Shown piece after piece: positions 1 through 11,100 of a stretch of 64,000 nucleotides of DNA. A program made the position numbers and the translations under genes. Source of the stretch: Comamonas sp. SCN 65-56. GTDB taxonomy: Bacteria > Pseudomonadota > Gammaproteobacteria > Burkholderiales > Burkholderiaceae_C. The stretch's first letter is position 1. The number at the start of each line of letters is the position of its first letter. The notes under the pieces were generated by a model. That model was not told the origin of the DNA, did not search any database, and worked only from the letters and a program-made list of their open reading frames with translations. The stretch covers positions 35,140 through 99,139 of the forward strand of contig NZ_MEDS01000003.1 in the NCBI RefSeq assembly GCF_001724135.1, read 5' to 3'.

Positions 1-707
1 CCCATCGCGGAGCAGGCAAGCTGGCGCCGGAAAACACGCTGGCGGCGTTTCGGCTCGGGGCCAGCCACGGCTGGCGCATGTTCGAATGTGACGCCAAGCT
101 CAGCCAGGATGGTGTGCTGTTTCTGCTGCACGACGACAGCCTGGAGCGCACCAGCAACGGCCAGGGGATGGCAGGTGACCAAGCTTGGGCAGCGCTCTCG
201 CAGCTCGACGCCGGCGCCTGGCATTCACGCCGCTACGCGGGCGAGCCACTGCTCACGCTGGAGCGCCTGGCGCATTGGTGTCTGGCCAATCACCTGCGGC
301 TGAACCTGGAGATCAAACCCGGCACAGGCGCCGATGTCGCCACCGGCGCGGCCGTGGCGCAGGCGGTGGCGCGGCTGTGGCAGGGGCAGCCCGTCGTGCC
401 GCTGCTGAGTTCATTTTCCAGCGCCGCGCTGGATGCCGCCCGCAGGACCGCCCCGGCGCTGCCGCGCGCCCTGCTGCTGGAAGCCCTGCCACCCGACTGG
501 CTGACCCAGGCACGCACGCTGGACTGCATGGCCGTGGTGGCCGAGCACCGCTGCTGGAATGCCGAAACCGTGGGGGCCGCCCACGCTGCCGGCTTGCGCA
601 CCCTGAGCTACACCGTCAACGATGCGGCCGAAGCCGACCGGCTGATGGCGCTAGGCACCGACGGCATCATCACCGACCGTGTGGATTTTTTCAGCCCGGC
701 AGCGTAA
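1..707 (+). CDS. ugpQ: glycerophosphodiester phosphodiesterase (GDPD family), N-terminus outside window
   Basis: Frame open from nt 3 (HRGAGKLAPENTLAAFRLG) into listed ORF 78..707; GDPD motifs HRG/APENT, FECD, LHDD..ER; stop TAA 705-707. Confidence 0.85.
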   Translation, partial: HRGAGKLAPENTLAAFRLGASHGWRMFECDAKLSQDGVLFLLHDDSLERTSNGQGMAGDQAWAALSQLDAGAWHSRRYAGEPLLTLERLAHWCLANHLRLNLEIKPGTGADVATGAAVAQAVARLWQGQPVVPLLSSFSSAALDAARRTAPALPRALLLEALPPDWLTQARTLDCMAVVAEHRCWNAETVGAAHAAGLRTLSYTVNDAAEADRLMALGTDGIITDRVDFFSPAA

Positions 708-1004
708 TCAGCGCCAGGCGCGCAGCCAGAGCCAGTGCGCGCTCGCGGTCGCAAGCACCAACACGCCATAGGTCAGCATCTGGCCATCGCTACCCAGCAG
801 CAGCACACCGCCTGCCAGAACCACACAGCCAACTACAAAAAGCAGAGCTATTGACGCAATCCAGCCGTGCGCTACAGCGATTTTTCGCATGAACAATTGG
901 CTGCCTGCCACCTGCAGCAGCGCCAGCACCAGTGCCGGTACGCAGAAATTCAGCAGGTGATTGATGGCGGTCAAAAAGCTCATGGGCGACACAACGCGGT
1001 ACAA
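708..1004 (-). CDS. small hydrophobic membrane protein, unknown function
   Basis: 98-aa ORF with about three hydrophobic helices, convergent with ugpQ with no spacer; alternative start at 983 (MSFLT). Confidence 0.45.
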   Translation of the reverse strand: MYRVVSPMSFLTAINHLLNFCVPALVLALLQVAGSQLFMRKIAVAHGWIASIALLFVVGCVVLAGGVLLLGSDGQMLTYGVLVLATASAHWLWLRAWR

Positions 1005-1022
1005 ATTTTATAATCCACTCCC

Positions 1023-2327
1023 ATGGCAGTCTGGGCCTTGGGCATCAACCATCAAACCGCACCGCTGGATCTGCGAGGCCGCTTTGCCTTCGCGCTCGAC
1101 CGGATCGCGCCCACGCTGCAGGGGCTGCGCCAGTCGTTCAGCAGCGCAGGCGCGCCGCACAGCGCCGTCGAGTCCGCCATCCTCTCCACCTGCAACCGTA
1201 CCGAGGTCTATTGCGCGGCGGAGCATGCGGCGCTGGACCACACGCTGCAATGGCTGGCGCACAGTGGCGGCATCAGCGCCCAGCAACTGCGCCCGCACGC
1301 CTACCTGCTGCAGGGTGACGGTGCGGCGCGCCATGCCTTTCGCGTCGCCAGCGGGCTCGATTCCATGGTGCTGGGCGAGGCGCAGATCCTCGGCCAGATG
1401 AAGAACGCGGTGCGCGCTGCCGAAGGTGCGGGCGCGCTCGGCAGCACGCTCAACCAGCTCTTTCAGCGCAGTTTTGCCGTGGCCAAGGAGGTGCGCACCA
1501 GCACCGATATCGGCGCGCACAGCATCAGCATGGCGGCGGCGGCGGTGCGCCTGGCAGGTCAACTGTTTGAAGATCTGGGCCAGATCCGCGTGCTGTTCGT
1601 GGGCGCGGGCGAGATGATCGAGCTCTGCGCCACCCACTTTGCCGCCCGCAATCCGCGCCAGATGGTGATTGCCAACCGCACGCTGGAGCGCGGCGAAAAG
1701 CTGGCCATGCGCCTGGATGCCAGCGTGATGCGCCTGGCCGAGCTGCCCGAGCATTTGCACGAGTTCGACGCCGTCATCAGCTGCACCGCCAGCACCCTGC
1801 CCATCATTGGCCTGGGCGCCGTGGAGCGCGCACTGAGAAAACGCCGTCACCGCCCGATTTTCATGGTCGATCTGGCCGTGCCGCGCGACATCGAGCCCGA
1901 AGTCAAGCAACTGGCCGACATCTACCTCTACACCGTCGATGACCTCGCCAGCGTGGTCCAGACCGGCCAGGCCCAGCGCGAAGCCGCCGTACAACAGGCC
2001 GAGGCGATCATCGATGCGGGCGTGCAGAACTTCATGCACTGGATGGACCAGCGCGACCCGGCGGGCGGTGTCGTGCCCCTGATCCAGCAGCTCAACAGCC
2101 AGGCCGACGATTGGCGCACGCAGGAAATCGCCCGCGCGAAAAAGCTGCTGGCCAAGGGGCAGGACATCGACAGCGTGCTCGAGGCCCTCTCGCGCGGTCT
2201 CACGCAGAAGATGCTGCACGGCGCCATGGCCGAGCTGCATGCGGGTGACGTGCAAACGCGCACGCAGACCGCCGATACCGTCTCGCGGCTGTTCCTGCGC
2301 TCCGCCCGCAGCCACCGCGAGCGTTAG
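1023..2327 (+). CDS. hemA: glutamyl-tRNA reductase
   Basis: 434 aa; N-terminus [23 protein letters not shown] active-site Cys context, GAGEM NADPH motif; conserved hemA-prfA-prmC order. Confidence 0.95.
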   Translation: MAVWALGINHQTAPLDLRGRFAFALDRIAPTLQGLRQSFSSAGAPHSAVESAILSTCNRTEVYCAAEHAALDHTLQWLAHSGGISAQQLRPHAYLLQGDGAARHAFRVASGLDSMVLGEAQILGQMKNAVRAAEGAGALGSTLNQLFQRSFAVAKEVRTSTDIGAHSISMAAAAVRLAGQLFEDLGQIRVLFVGAGEMIELCATHFAARNPRQMVIANRTLERGEKLAMRLDASVMRLAELPEHLHEFDAVISCTASTLPIIGLGAVERALRKRRHRPIFMVDLAVPRDIEPEVKQLADIYLYTVDDLASVVQTGQAQREAAVQQAEAIIDAGVQNFMHWMDQRDPAGGVVPLIQQLNSQADDWRTQEIARAKKLLAKGQDIDSVLEALSRGLTQKMLHGAMAELHAGDVQTRTQTADTVSRLFLRSARSHRER

Positions 2328-2328
2328 C

Positions 2329-2382
2329 GGCTCAAGGCAAAATCCGCCTCCAGCGCTTGCCATACAAGCGCCTCTAGCTATC
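2329..2382 (+). repeat. dispersed intergenic repeat, family 1 (copy a)
   Basis: ggctcaaggcaaaatccgcctccagcgcttgccatacaagcgcctctagctatc; internal hairpin GCGCTTG(2353-2359)/CAAGCGC(2365-2371); matches the other family-1 copies listed. Confidence 0.8.
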
Positions 2383-2411
2383 TTGCCGATAGCGAACTCT
2401 TTCTTTCCCGC

Positions 2412-3497
2412 ATGAAACCCTTTCTCCGCCAGCAACTGCAGCGCCATGCAGAGCGCCTGAATGAACTCGATTTCCTGCTCTCGCGCGAAGACATCATGGG
2501 CGACATGGCGCAGTACCGCGTGCTCTCGCGCGAGCATGCCGAGGTGACCGCCGTCGCCAGCCGCTGGGCGCGCTACCGGCAGCGTGAGGCCGATATCGAT
2601 GCCGCGCAGGCGCTGCTGCAAGACCCGGACATGGCCGAGATGGCGCAGGAAGAAATCAGCGGCGCCACCGCAGAGCTGGCGCGGCTGGACGACGAGCTGC
2701 AACGCCTGCTGCTGCCCAAGGACCCGGATGACGCGCGCAATGCCTTCCTTGAAATCCGCGCCGGGACCGGCGGTGATGAATCAGCACTCTTCGCCGCCGA
2801 CCTTGCCCGCATGTACACCCGCTACGCCGCCACCGCCGGCTGGCGCGTGGAAGTCATGACTGAACACGAAAGCGAACTCGGCGGCTACAAGGAAGCCGTG
2901 CTGCGCATCGAGGGCGAGAACGCTTTCGGGCGCCTGCGCTTTGAATCCGGCGGCCACCGCGTGCAACGCGTGCCGGTGACGGAAACCCAGGGCCGCATCC
3001 ACACCAGCGCCTGCACCGTCGCCGTCATGCCCGAGCCCGACGAACACGAGGCCATCACGCTCAACCCTGCCGAGCTGCGCATAGACACCTTCCGCGCCAG
3101 CGGCGCCGGTGGCCAGCACATCAACAAGACCGACTCGGCGGTGCGCGTGGTGCACCTGCCCACCGGCATCGTCGCCGAATGCCAGGACGGGCGCAGCCAG
3201 CACGCCAACAAGGCGCAGGCGCTGCGTGTGCTGCAGGCGCGGCTGCAGGAAAAGGAGCGCAGCGAACGCGCCACCAAGGAAGCCGCGCTGAGGAAGGGCC
3301 TGATCGGCAGCGGCGACCGGTCTGACCGCATCCGCACCTACAACTTCCCGCAGGGGCGGCTCACCGACCACCGCATCAACCTCACGCTCTACAAGCTGCA
3401 GATGGTGATGGACGGCGATCTGGGTGAGGTGCTCGACGCACTGCAGCACGCGCACGAGGCCGAATTGCTGGCGGAACTTGAAACCGCCCATGCCTGA
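2412..3497 (+). CDS. prfA: peptide chain release factor 1
   Basis: 361 aa; GGQ motif in [13 protein letters not shown]1-type PxT tripeptide (PVT). Confidence 0.97.
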   Translation: MKPFLRQQLQRHAERLNELDFLLSREDIMGDMAQYRVLSREHAEVTAVASRWARYRQREADIDAAQALLQDPDMAEMAQEEISGATAELARLDDELQRLLLPKDPDDARNAFLEIRAGTGGDESALFAADLARMYTRYAATAGWRVEVMTEHESELGGYKEAVLRIEGENAFGRLRFESGGHRVQRVPVTETQGRIHTSACTVAVMPEPDEHEAITLNPAELRIDTFRASGAGGQHINKTDSAVRVVHLPTGIVAECQDGRSQHANKAQALRVLQARLQEKERSERATKEAALRKGLIGSGDRSDRIRTYNFPQGRLTDHRINLTLYKLQMVMDGDLGEVLDALQHAHEAELLAELETAHA

Positions 3498-4404
3498 AGC
3501 CACCCGCCTCCGGCGGCTGGACACTGCGCTCGCCTGGGCGCAGCAACAGGGCCTGCCGCGCTTGGAAGCCCAGATGCTGCTGCTGCACACGCTGGGCCGC
3601 AGCCCGCACGACCGCGCCTGGCTGCTGGCGCATGACGGCGAATCCTTGTCAGCCGCGGCATGGGATTCGTTTGAACGCCTGTGCCAGCGCCGGCTTGCCG
3701 GCGAACCTGTCGCCTATCTGACCGGCCACAAGGCTTTTTACGGTCTGGATCTGCAGATCAATGCGCAGGTGCTCGATCCGCGCCCGGATACCGAAACGCT
3801 GGTGGACTGGGCATTGGACGTGATGAAGGCACAGGCAAGGCCCAGCATCGTGGACCTCGGTACCGGCAGCGGCGCGATTGCCCTGGCTCTCAAGGCACAG
3901 CGCCCGGACAGCAGCATCACCGCCGTGGACGCCAGTCCGCAAGCGCTGCAAGTGGCGCGGCACAACGCGCAGCGGCTGAATTTGCCCATCACCTTGCACC
4001 AGGGCAACTGGCTTGAAGGGCTGGCGGGGCGCTTTGACCTCATCGCCAGCAATCCGCCCTACATCGCCGAAGACGACCCGCACCTCGCAGCGCTGCAGCA
4101 CGAACCGCGCATGGCCCTGGCCAGCGGCCCGGACGGGCTGGACGCCATCCGCAGCATCATCACCCAAGCCCCTGCGCATCTGCACCCGGGTGGCTGGCTG
4201 CTGCTGGAACACGGCTACGCGCAGGCGCCAACCGTCTGCCAGCTGCTGCAGGTTGCCGGCTTCACGCAGGTACACAGCCGATCAGACCTCGCCGGCCACG
4301 CGCGCTGCAGCGGCGGGTGCTTTGCGCAGCCGCCAGAACGACAGGCGACGCCCTGCCCCGACGCGGCGGGGCTGCCGAATGCGCCGGATGGCACAAGGAC
4401 ATGA
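3490..4404 (+). CDS. prmC: release-factor glutamine N5-methyltransferase
   Basis: ATG 3490 overlaps prfA stop (ATGCCTGA); SAM motif DLGTGSGAI and catalytic NPPY; listed ORF 3424..4404 carries a spurious N-extension. Confidence 0.9.
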   Translation: MPEATRLRRLDTALAWAQQQGLPRLEAQMLLLHTLGRSPHDRAWLLAHDGESLSAAAWDSFERLCQRRLAGEPVAYLTGHKAFYGLDLQINAQVLDPRPDTETLVDWALDVMKAQARPSIVDLGTGSGAIALALKAQRPDSSITAVDASPQALQVARHNAQRLNLPITLHQGNWLEGLAGRFDLIASNPPYIAEDDPHLAALQHEPRMALASGPDGLDAIRSIITQAPAHLHPGGWLLLEHGYAQAPTVCQLLQVAGFTQVHSRSDLAGHARCSGGCFAQPPERQATPCPDAAGLPNAPDGTRT

Positions 4405-4453
4405 AGAAGATGAAATAATCTCCCTCTTCGTGCCCTTTTGTTTCAGGTATCCC

Positions 4454-4777
4454 ATGAGCGACGTCCAGCAACGCATAGACCAACTGGTCAAGAACAACGA
4501 CATCCTGCTTTTCATGAAGGGCGATGCCCAGTACCCGATGTGCGGCTTTTCCGGCCGTGCAGTGCAGATCCTCAAGGCTCTGGGCGTGGATCTGGACACC
4601 CTCAAGACCGTGAACGTGCTCGAAGACGAGGAAATCCGTCAGGGCGTGAAGGAATACAGCAACTGGCCGACGATTCCGCAGCTCTATGTCAAGGGCGAGC
4701 TCATTGGCGGCGCCGACATCATGATGGAAATGTACGAGTCGGGCGAGCTCAAGACCCTGCTCGCGCCGCAAGCCTGA
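4454..4777 (+). CDS. grxD: monothiol glutaredoxin (Grx4 family)
   Basis: 107 aa inside listed ORF 4013..4777; CGFS active site, WPTIPQLYV and GGADI motifs. Confidence 0.95.
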   Translation: MSDVQQRIDQLVKNNDILLFMKGDAQYPMCGFSGRAVQILKALGVDLDTLKTVNVLEDEEIRQGVKEYSNWPTIPQLYVKGELIGGADIMMEMYESGELKTLLAPQA

Positions 4778-4792
4778 ACCGGCCACCACCAG

Positions 4793-5644
4793 CTACACAT
4801 AGCGCAGCGCCTCAGGCGGACGGCACTGCGCCCACAGGTGAATTCCGGCCTCGCGCGCCAGTTGCAGCGCCAGGCCCGTGGGCGCGGAAACCGTTGCCAG
4901 CAGCCCGATATTCAGACGCGCGCATTTGCGCACCAGTTCATAGCTGGTGCGACTGCTCATCACCACAAAGCCCGGCTGCTGCAGGCGCCCGGTGCGCGCC
5001 AGCCGCCCGAGCAGCTTGTCCAGCGCGTTGTGGCGGCCCACATCCTCCAGCACATCTTGCAACTGCCCATCGGGCAGAGCCCAGCCGGCGGCGTGCAATG
5101 CACCCGCATGGGCATTGAGCCGCTGGCGTTCACGCAGCACGCCAAAGGGGCGCAACACCTCTGCCACGCCCACCGCATCGCGCCACGCCGGCGCCGGCAT
5201 GGGCGCGGCACGCAGGTCCAGCGCCTGCAGGCTCTCGATGCCGCACAAGCCGCAGCCGGTGCGGCCGGCCAGCGTCCTGCGCTGCTGCTTGAGACGCTCG
5301 AAATGCCGCGGTGCAATCTCGATCTCCGCCACGCAGGCCGCCTCGGGCGTTCCGGCGCCATGCTGGCGCACCTCAATGCCGCGGCATTCGTCAGGACTGT
5401 CGATGATGCCTTCGCTGAGCGCAAAGCCGAGCGCGAAATCCTCCAAGTCCTGCGGTGTCGCCATCATCACCGCATGCGAGATGCCGTTGAACACCAGCGC
5501 GACCGGCACCTCGCTGGCCACCCAGACTTCACGACTTCCCGGCACTGCTGATCCGCCGCTGCCCATCCGCAGCGCCTGCACCGCCGCCAGCGGCTGAATC
5601 TGTGAGCGCGGCGTGTTGACCGCTGCTGTGAGACTGATGTCCAT
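4793..5644 (-). CDS. fdhD: formate dehydrogenase accessory sulfurtransferase FdhD
   Basis: FdhD-family blocks (MATPQDLEDFALGFALSEGII, GRTGCGLCG, DVGRHNALDK); start taken at MDISL; listed ORF extends to 5689. Confidence 0.85.
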   Translation of the reverse strand: MDISLTAAVNTPRSQIQPLAAVQALRMGSGGSAVPGSREVWVASEVPVALVFNGISHAVMMATPQDLEDFALGFALSEGIIDSPDECRGIEVRQHGAGTPEAACVAEIEIAPRHFERLKQQRRTLAGRTGCGLCGIESLQALDLRAAPMPAPAWRDAVGVAEVLRPFGVLRERQRLNAHAGALHAAGWALPDGQLQDVLEDVGRHNALDKLLGRLARTGRLQQPGFVVMSSRTSYELVRKCARLNIGLLATVSAPTGLALQLAREAGIHLWAQCRPPEALRYV

Positions 5645-5747
5645 GCAAAATCCTGAAACTTCCTCGCCATCCATTGTGATCCAGCGCACCCGCGTACAAC
5701 CACTGCCTTGCAGACACGCAGCATAAGCAATTACGTATTAACCCTAG

Positions 5748-5762
5748 TTGTTCAATGAACAA
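5748..5762. promoter_or_regulatory. perfect 15-bp palindrome TTGTTCA-A-TGAACAA in the fdhD/mtoX divergent spacer (candidate operator)
   Basis: Read directly; lies 64 nt upstream of the mtoX-like ATG (5826) in a locally AT-richer spacer. Confidence 0.4.
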
Positions 5763-5825
5763 ACCACCTTCACCATCAGGCGCAGGTGATGCCCTGTCGC
5801 TCGCCACCTTTTCAGGAGACCTTTC

Positions 5826-7178
5826 ATGACACTTCCCCGAGTTCACAAACTGGTCCACTCTCTGGTCATCGCGGGACTGGCAACCATGGGCGCCGCCGCC
5901 TTCGCGCCCGCATCAGCCGACGAAACCTGCAACTCCTCCTACACCGCCAACCTGATCAAGGGGCAGGAAGACTTCGTCCATGTCTGGACCCTGGGCATCA
6001 AGGGCATGGGAGATGGCAACGACAAACTTGTCACCATAGACGCCAATCCCAAATCGAAAAATTACGGCAAGGTCATAGACAAAATTTCCCTGCCGGGCCG
6101 CGGCGAAGCGCACCACATGGGCTTCACCGATGACAGACGTTACTTGTGGGGCGGGCGGCTCGATGACAACAAGATCTTTGTCTTCGACCTGATCAACCCG
6201 GCCAAACCCAAGCTGATCAAGACCATCTCCAACATCGAATCCAGAACCGGTTTCGTCGGCCCCCATACCTTCTATGCCATGCCTGGTCGCATGCTGGTAC
6301 AGGCCCTGTCCAACAACAAGGACCACGGCGGACAGACGGGCCTTGTGATGTTCAACAACAAGGGCGACATCGTGGATAGCTACCCCATGCCGACGACCGA
6401 AATCGGTGGCGTGAAGGGCGATGGCTACGGCTACGACATCGCCATCGACCCCGGCAAAAACGTCATGCTCACTTCCAGCTTCACCGGATGGAACAACTAC
6501 ATGATGGACTTCGGCAAGCTAGTCAAGGATCCGGAAGCCATGAAGCAGTTCGGCAGCACGATGGCCGTATGGGACGTGAAATCTATGAAGCCTACCCAGG
6601 TGCTCAGCGTGCCCGGTGCACCGCTGGAAATCCGCTGGTCTCTCAATCCCAACGACCACTGGGCCGTGACCGCTACCGCGCTCACCTCCAAAATCTGGCT
6701 CATCAAGCAGGACGCCAGCGGCCAATGGATCGCCAAGGACGTTGCCGACATCGGCGACCCTTCCAAGGTGCCGTTGCCCGTGGACATCAGCATCACCGCC
6801 GACGGCAAAGGCCTGTGGGTCAATACCTTCCTGGATGGCAAGACGCGCTACTTCGACATGACCGACCCGGAACACCCCAAGGAGACTTACTCCGTGACAA
6901 CAGGTCCGCAGGTCAACATGGTGTCGCAAAGCTGGGATGGCAAGCGCGTCTACCTCACCTCCTCACTGCTCGCCAACTGGGACAAGAAAGGCAAGGACAA
7001 CGAGCAAGTACTGCGCGCCTTTGACTGGGATGGGCAGAAGCTCACCGAGAAATTCGAGGTGGATTTTGCCGCACTCAAGCTCGGTCGCGCACATCACATG
7101 AAGTTCAGTGCCCGCCCGGCCGGCAAGACGCTGGCGCAAGTGGGCAACCTATCGGTCGCTCAGGCACCGCAACAGTAA
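5826..7178 (+). CDS. mtoX: selenium-binding protein 56 (SBP56) family protein, periplasmic methanethiol oxidase-like
   Basis: 450 aa with signal peptide (..AAFAPASA); SBP56 blocks GEAHHMGF, PLEIRW, SWDGKRVYLTSSLLANWDKK, GRAHHMKF; followed by SCO1 and MauG-like genes. Confidence 0.75.
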   Translation: MTLPRVHKLVHSLVIAGLATMGAAAFAPASADETCNSSYTANLIKGQEDFVHVWTLGIKGMGDGNDKLVTIDANPKSKNYGKVIDKISLPGRGEAHHMGFTDDRRYLWGGRLDDNKIFVFDLINPAKPKLIKTISNIESRTGFVGPHTFYAMPGRMLVQALSNNKDHGGQTGLVMFNNKGDIVDSYPMPTTEIGGVKGDGYGYDIAIDPGKNVMLTSSFTGWNNYMMDFGKLVKDPEAMKQFGSTMAVWDVKSMKPTQVLSVPGAPLEIRWSLNPNDHWAVTATALTSKIWLIKQDASGQWIAKDVADIGDPSKVPLPVDISITADGKGLWVNTFLDGKTRYFDMTDPEHPKETYSVTTGPQVNMVSQSWDGKRVYLTSSLLANWDKKGKDNEQVLRAFDWDGQKLTEKFEVDFAALKLGRAHHMKFSARPAGKTLAQVGNLSVAQAPQQ

Positions 7179-7861
7179 TGTTGGCTCGGCGCACACTTCT
7201 GGGCACAGCGGCGCTTGCTCCCTTGTGGGGGCAGGCCGCGAGCGACGCATCAAACCAGACATTGCGTGCCGCCCCCGTCGACATCAATGCGTTGCCGGCG
7301 CCCGGCACCTACAAGCTGGCGCGCATCAACAGCGCACCCACAGGCGCGGTGCTAGATACGCAGGCCCGCACGCACCAGCTCAATGCCTTACTGCGCGGGC
7401 GTATCAGCATTGTCTCTTTTATCTACACCTACTGCCGCGATCCCGAGGGCTGCCCGCAGGCTTGGGCAGCCCTGGAGCAGCTGCGCGACTCACTTGGCAA
7501 GGATGAGCTCCTTGCCAAGCGAGCCCAGATTGTCAGCATCAGTTTTGACCCATCGAATGACACGCCGCAGACCATGCGCTTGTTTGCGGGAGCGTACGCC
7601 ACCGACCCACGCGTTCGCTGGCAATTTTTGACGACTGCATCCGTACCCGCCTTGTTGCCACTGCTCGATGGTTTTGGCCAGGACGTGAGCGTGGAAATGG
7701 GCACTGACGGCAAGCCTGCGCGTACGCTCAATCACTTGCTCAAACTCTTCCTGGTGGACGCCAGACTGCAGGTGCGCGAGATCTACAGCATCGCCACACT
7801 GGCGCCACAGGCGCTTTTGAACGACATGCAAACCCTGCGCATAGAGGAATCCCGGGCGTGA
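7178..7861 (+). CDS. SCO1/SenC family copper chaperone (thioredoxin fold)
   Basis: 227 aa; RRTLLG signal, CxxxC motif CRDPEGC, SFDP..DTP block; ATG overlaps mtoX stop (TAATG). Confidence 0.85.
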   Translation: MLARRTLLGTAALAPLWGQAASDASNQTLRAAPVDINALPAPGTYKLARINSAPTGAVLDTQARTHQLNALLRGRISIVSFIYTYCRDPEGCPQAWAALEQLRDSLGKDELLAKRAQIVSISFDPSNDTPQTMRLFAGAYATDPRVRWQFLTTASVPALLPLLDGFGQDVSVEMGTDGKPARTLNHLLKLFLVDARLQVREIYSIATLAPQALLNDMQTLRIEESRA

Positions 7862-8940
7862 ACCTGTACCGGCTGCTGGCCGCTCTTTGCGCATCGTGCG
7901 CCATCCTTGCAGCCGCTGCGCAGAAACCTGCCGCAGTGGGTTTGCCGCCGCTGGCCGCGCCGCCTGCTGCACAGGTGGCACTGGGCAAGAAACTTTTTTT
8001 CGACCGGCGCTTGTCCATCAATGGCACGCTCTCCTGCGCCATGTGTCATGTGCCTGAGCAGGCCTTCACGGTCAACGAAATTCGCACTGCGGTCGGCATG
8101 GAAGGGGTCAGCCTACGGCGCAGCGCACCTACGCTGCTGAACGTGGCTTATGCCACGTCAATGTTTCATGACGGGCGCGCAAAAACACTGGAAGACCAGG
8201 CGCTGCAGCCCCTGCTCGAAGATGACGAAATGGCCAACCCGGACATCGAAACGGTCATGCACCGGATCAATGCGATGAAGGAGTACCATGAACCGTACAA
8301 AAAAGCCTTTGGCAATACCCGCGCTACGCCAGAGCGCACAGCGCGTGCGCTGGCTGCCTACGAGCGCACCCTGATTGCCGCCAACAGTCCGTTTGATCGC
8401 TGGCACTACGGCAAAGACGCCAATGCCATGTCGGCGACGGCCCGGCGCGGATTTGTCCTTTTCGTAAAAAATGGCTGCGCCAGTTGCCACACGATGGGCG
8501 AAAAAAATGCCCTCTTCAGTGACGGGCAATTCCATAACACCGGGGTACAAGCGCGTACGGAAGCGCTCAACAAGCAAAGTGTGACCTACACCCTCGTGCC
8601 AGGCTTGCAGTCCACCATGGACCCCGAAACACTGGCGCGCATCAGCGTCCCCGACCAGGACGACCTCGGCCGCTACGAAGTTACCAAACAGCGCCGCGAC
8701 CTGCGAGCGTTCAAGACACCCACTTTGCGCAACGTCAGTGTGACAGGGCCCTACATGCACGATGGCTCCCTGACCACGCTGGGTGACGTTCTCGATTTCT
8801 ATGCGGCGGGTGGCATTCCGTCAGACAAGGCGCAAGACCCGTTGATCCAACCCTTTGCCATGGCTGCGCAAGACCGTGAGGATTTGCTTGCATTCCTGAA
8901 TGCACTGACATCACCGGATGCCCGCACCTTCCCGCGCTAA
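7858..8940 (+). CDS. dihaem cytochrome c peroxidase / MauG-like protein
   Basis: 360 aa; signal peptide, two CxxCH motifs (CAMCH, CASCH), FKTPTLRNV and PYMHDGS blocks; GTG start overlaps SCO1 stop (GTGA). Confidence 0.85.
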   Translation: MNLYRLLAALCASCAILAAAAQKPAAVGLPPLAAPPAAQVALGKKLFFDRRLSINGTLSCAMCHVPEQAFTVNEIRTAVGMEGVSLRRSAPTLLNVAYATSMFHDGRAKTLEDQALQPLLEDDEMANPDIETVMHRINAMKEYHEPYKKAFGNTRATPERTARALAAYERTLIAANSPFDRWHYGKDANAMSATARRGFVLFVKNGCASCHTMGEKNALFSDGQFHNTGVQARTEALNKQSVTYTLVPGLQSTMDPETLARISVPDQDDLGRYEVTKQRRDLRAFKTPTLRNVSVTGPYMHDGSLTTLGDVLDFYAAGGIPSDKAQDPLIQPFAMAAQDREDLLAFLNALTSPDARTFPR

Positions 8941-9001
8941 CGCTCTGCTTGGCGGTTCGCCTGCTTCCTGCATCGCGACAATGATCGAAAACCCCTGAAC
9001 C

Positions 9002-10854
<1,853 letters not shown>

Positions 10855-10920
10855 TGGCGCTTGCGCGAGGGGAGCAGCAACGCTCCCGCGCGCCAGGCCG
10901 GGCAAGCAGCCGGCCTGCGC

Positions 10921-11085
10921 CTATTCCGGCATGGAGCAATGCCCGCCCTTGGTCGCCTGGCCCGAGCCTGCCGCCATCGGCGCCAGCTCCCGGCGCAGGT
11001 CGACCGGCGGTGATGCCGTGTAGTCCCAGACGATAAAGGCCGAGAAAAACACCCAGAAGATGGTGCGCAGCAGCGCTGGTTTCAT
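10921..11085 (-). CDS. candidate 54-aa membrane-anchored peptide with C-terminal Cys (not in ORF track)
   Basis: Own translation: MKPALLRTIFWVFFSAFIVWDYTASPPVDLRRELAPMAAGSGQATKGGHCSMPE; starts 15 nt after the yeeE stop, high GC3, one N-terminal TM helix. Confidence 0.35.
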   Translation of the reverse strand: MKPALLRTIFWVFFSAFIVWDYTASPPVDLRRELAPMAAGSGQATKGGHCSMPE

Positions 11086-11100
11086 GGCGCCAACCCCCAC

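Noticed and set aside
1008-2702. 564-aa ORF on the minus strand
   Set aside because: It is antisense to hemA and the prfA start. Its composition is Arg/Ala/Gly-rich, as expected from reading a GC-rich gene backwards, and the plus-strand genes have unmistakable homology.
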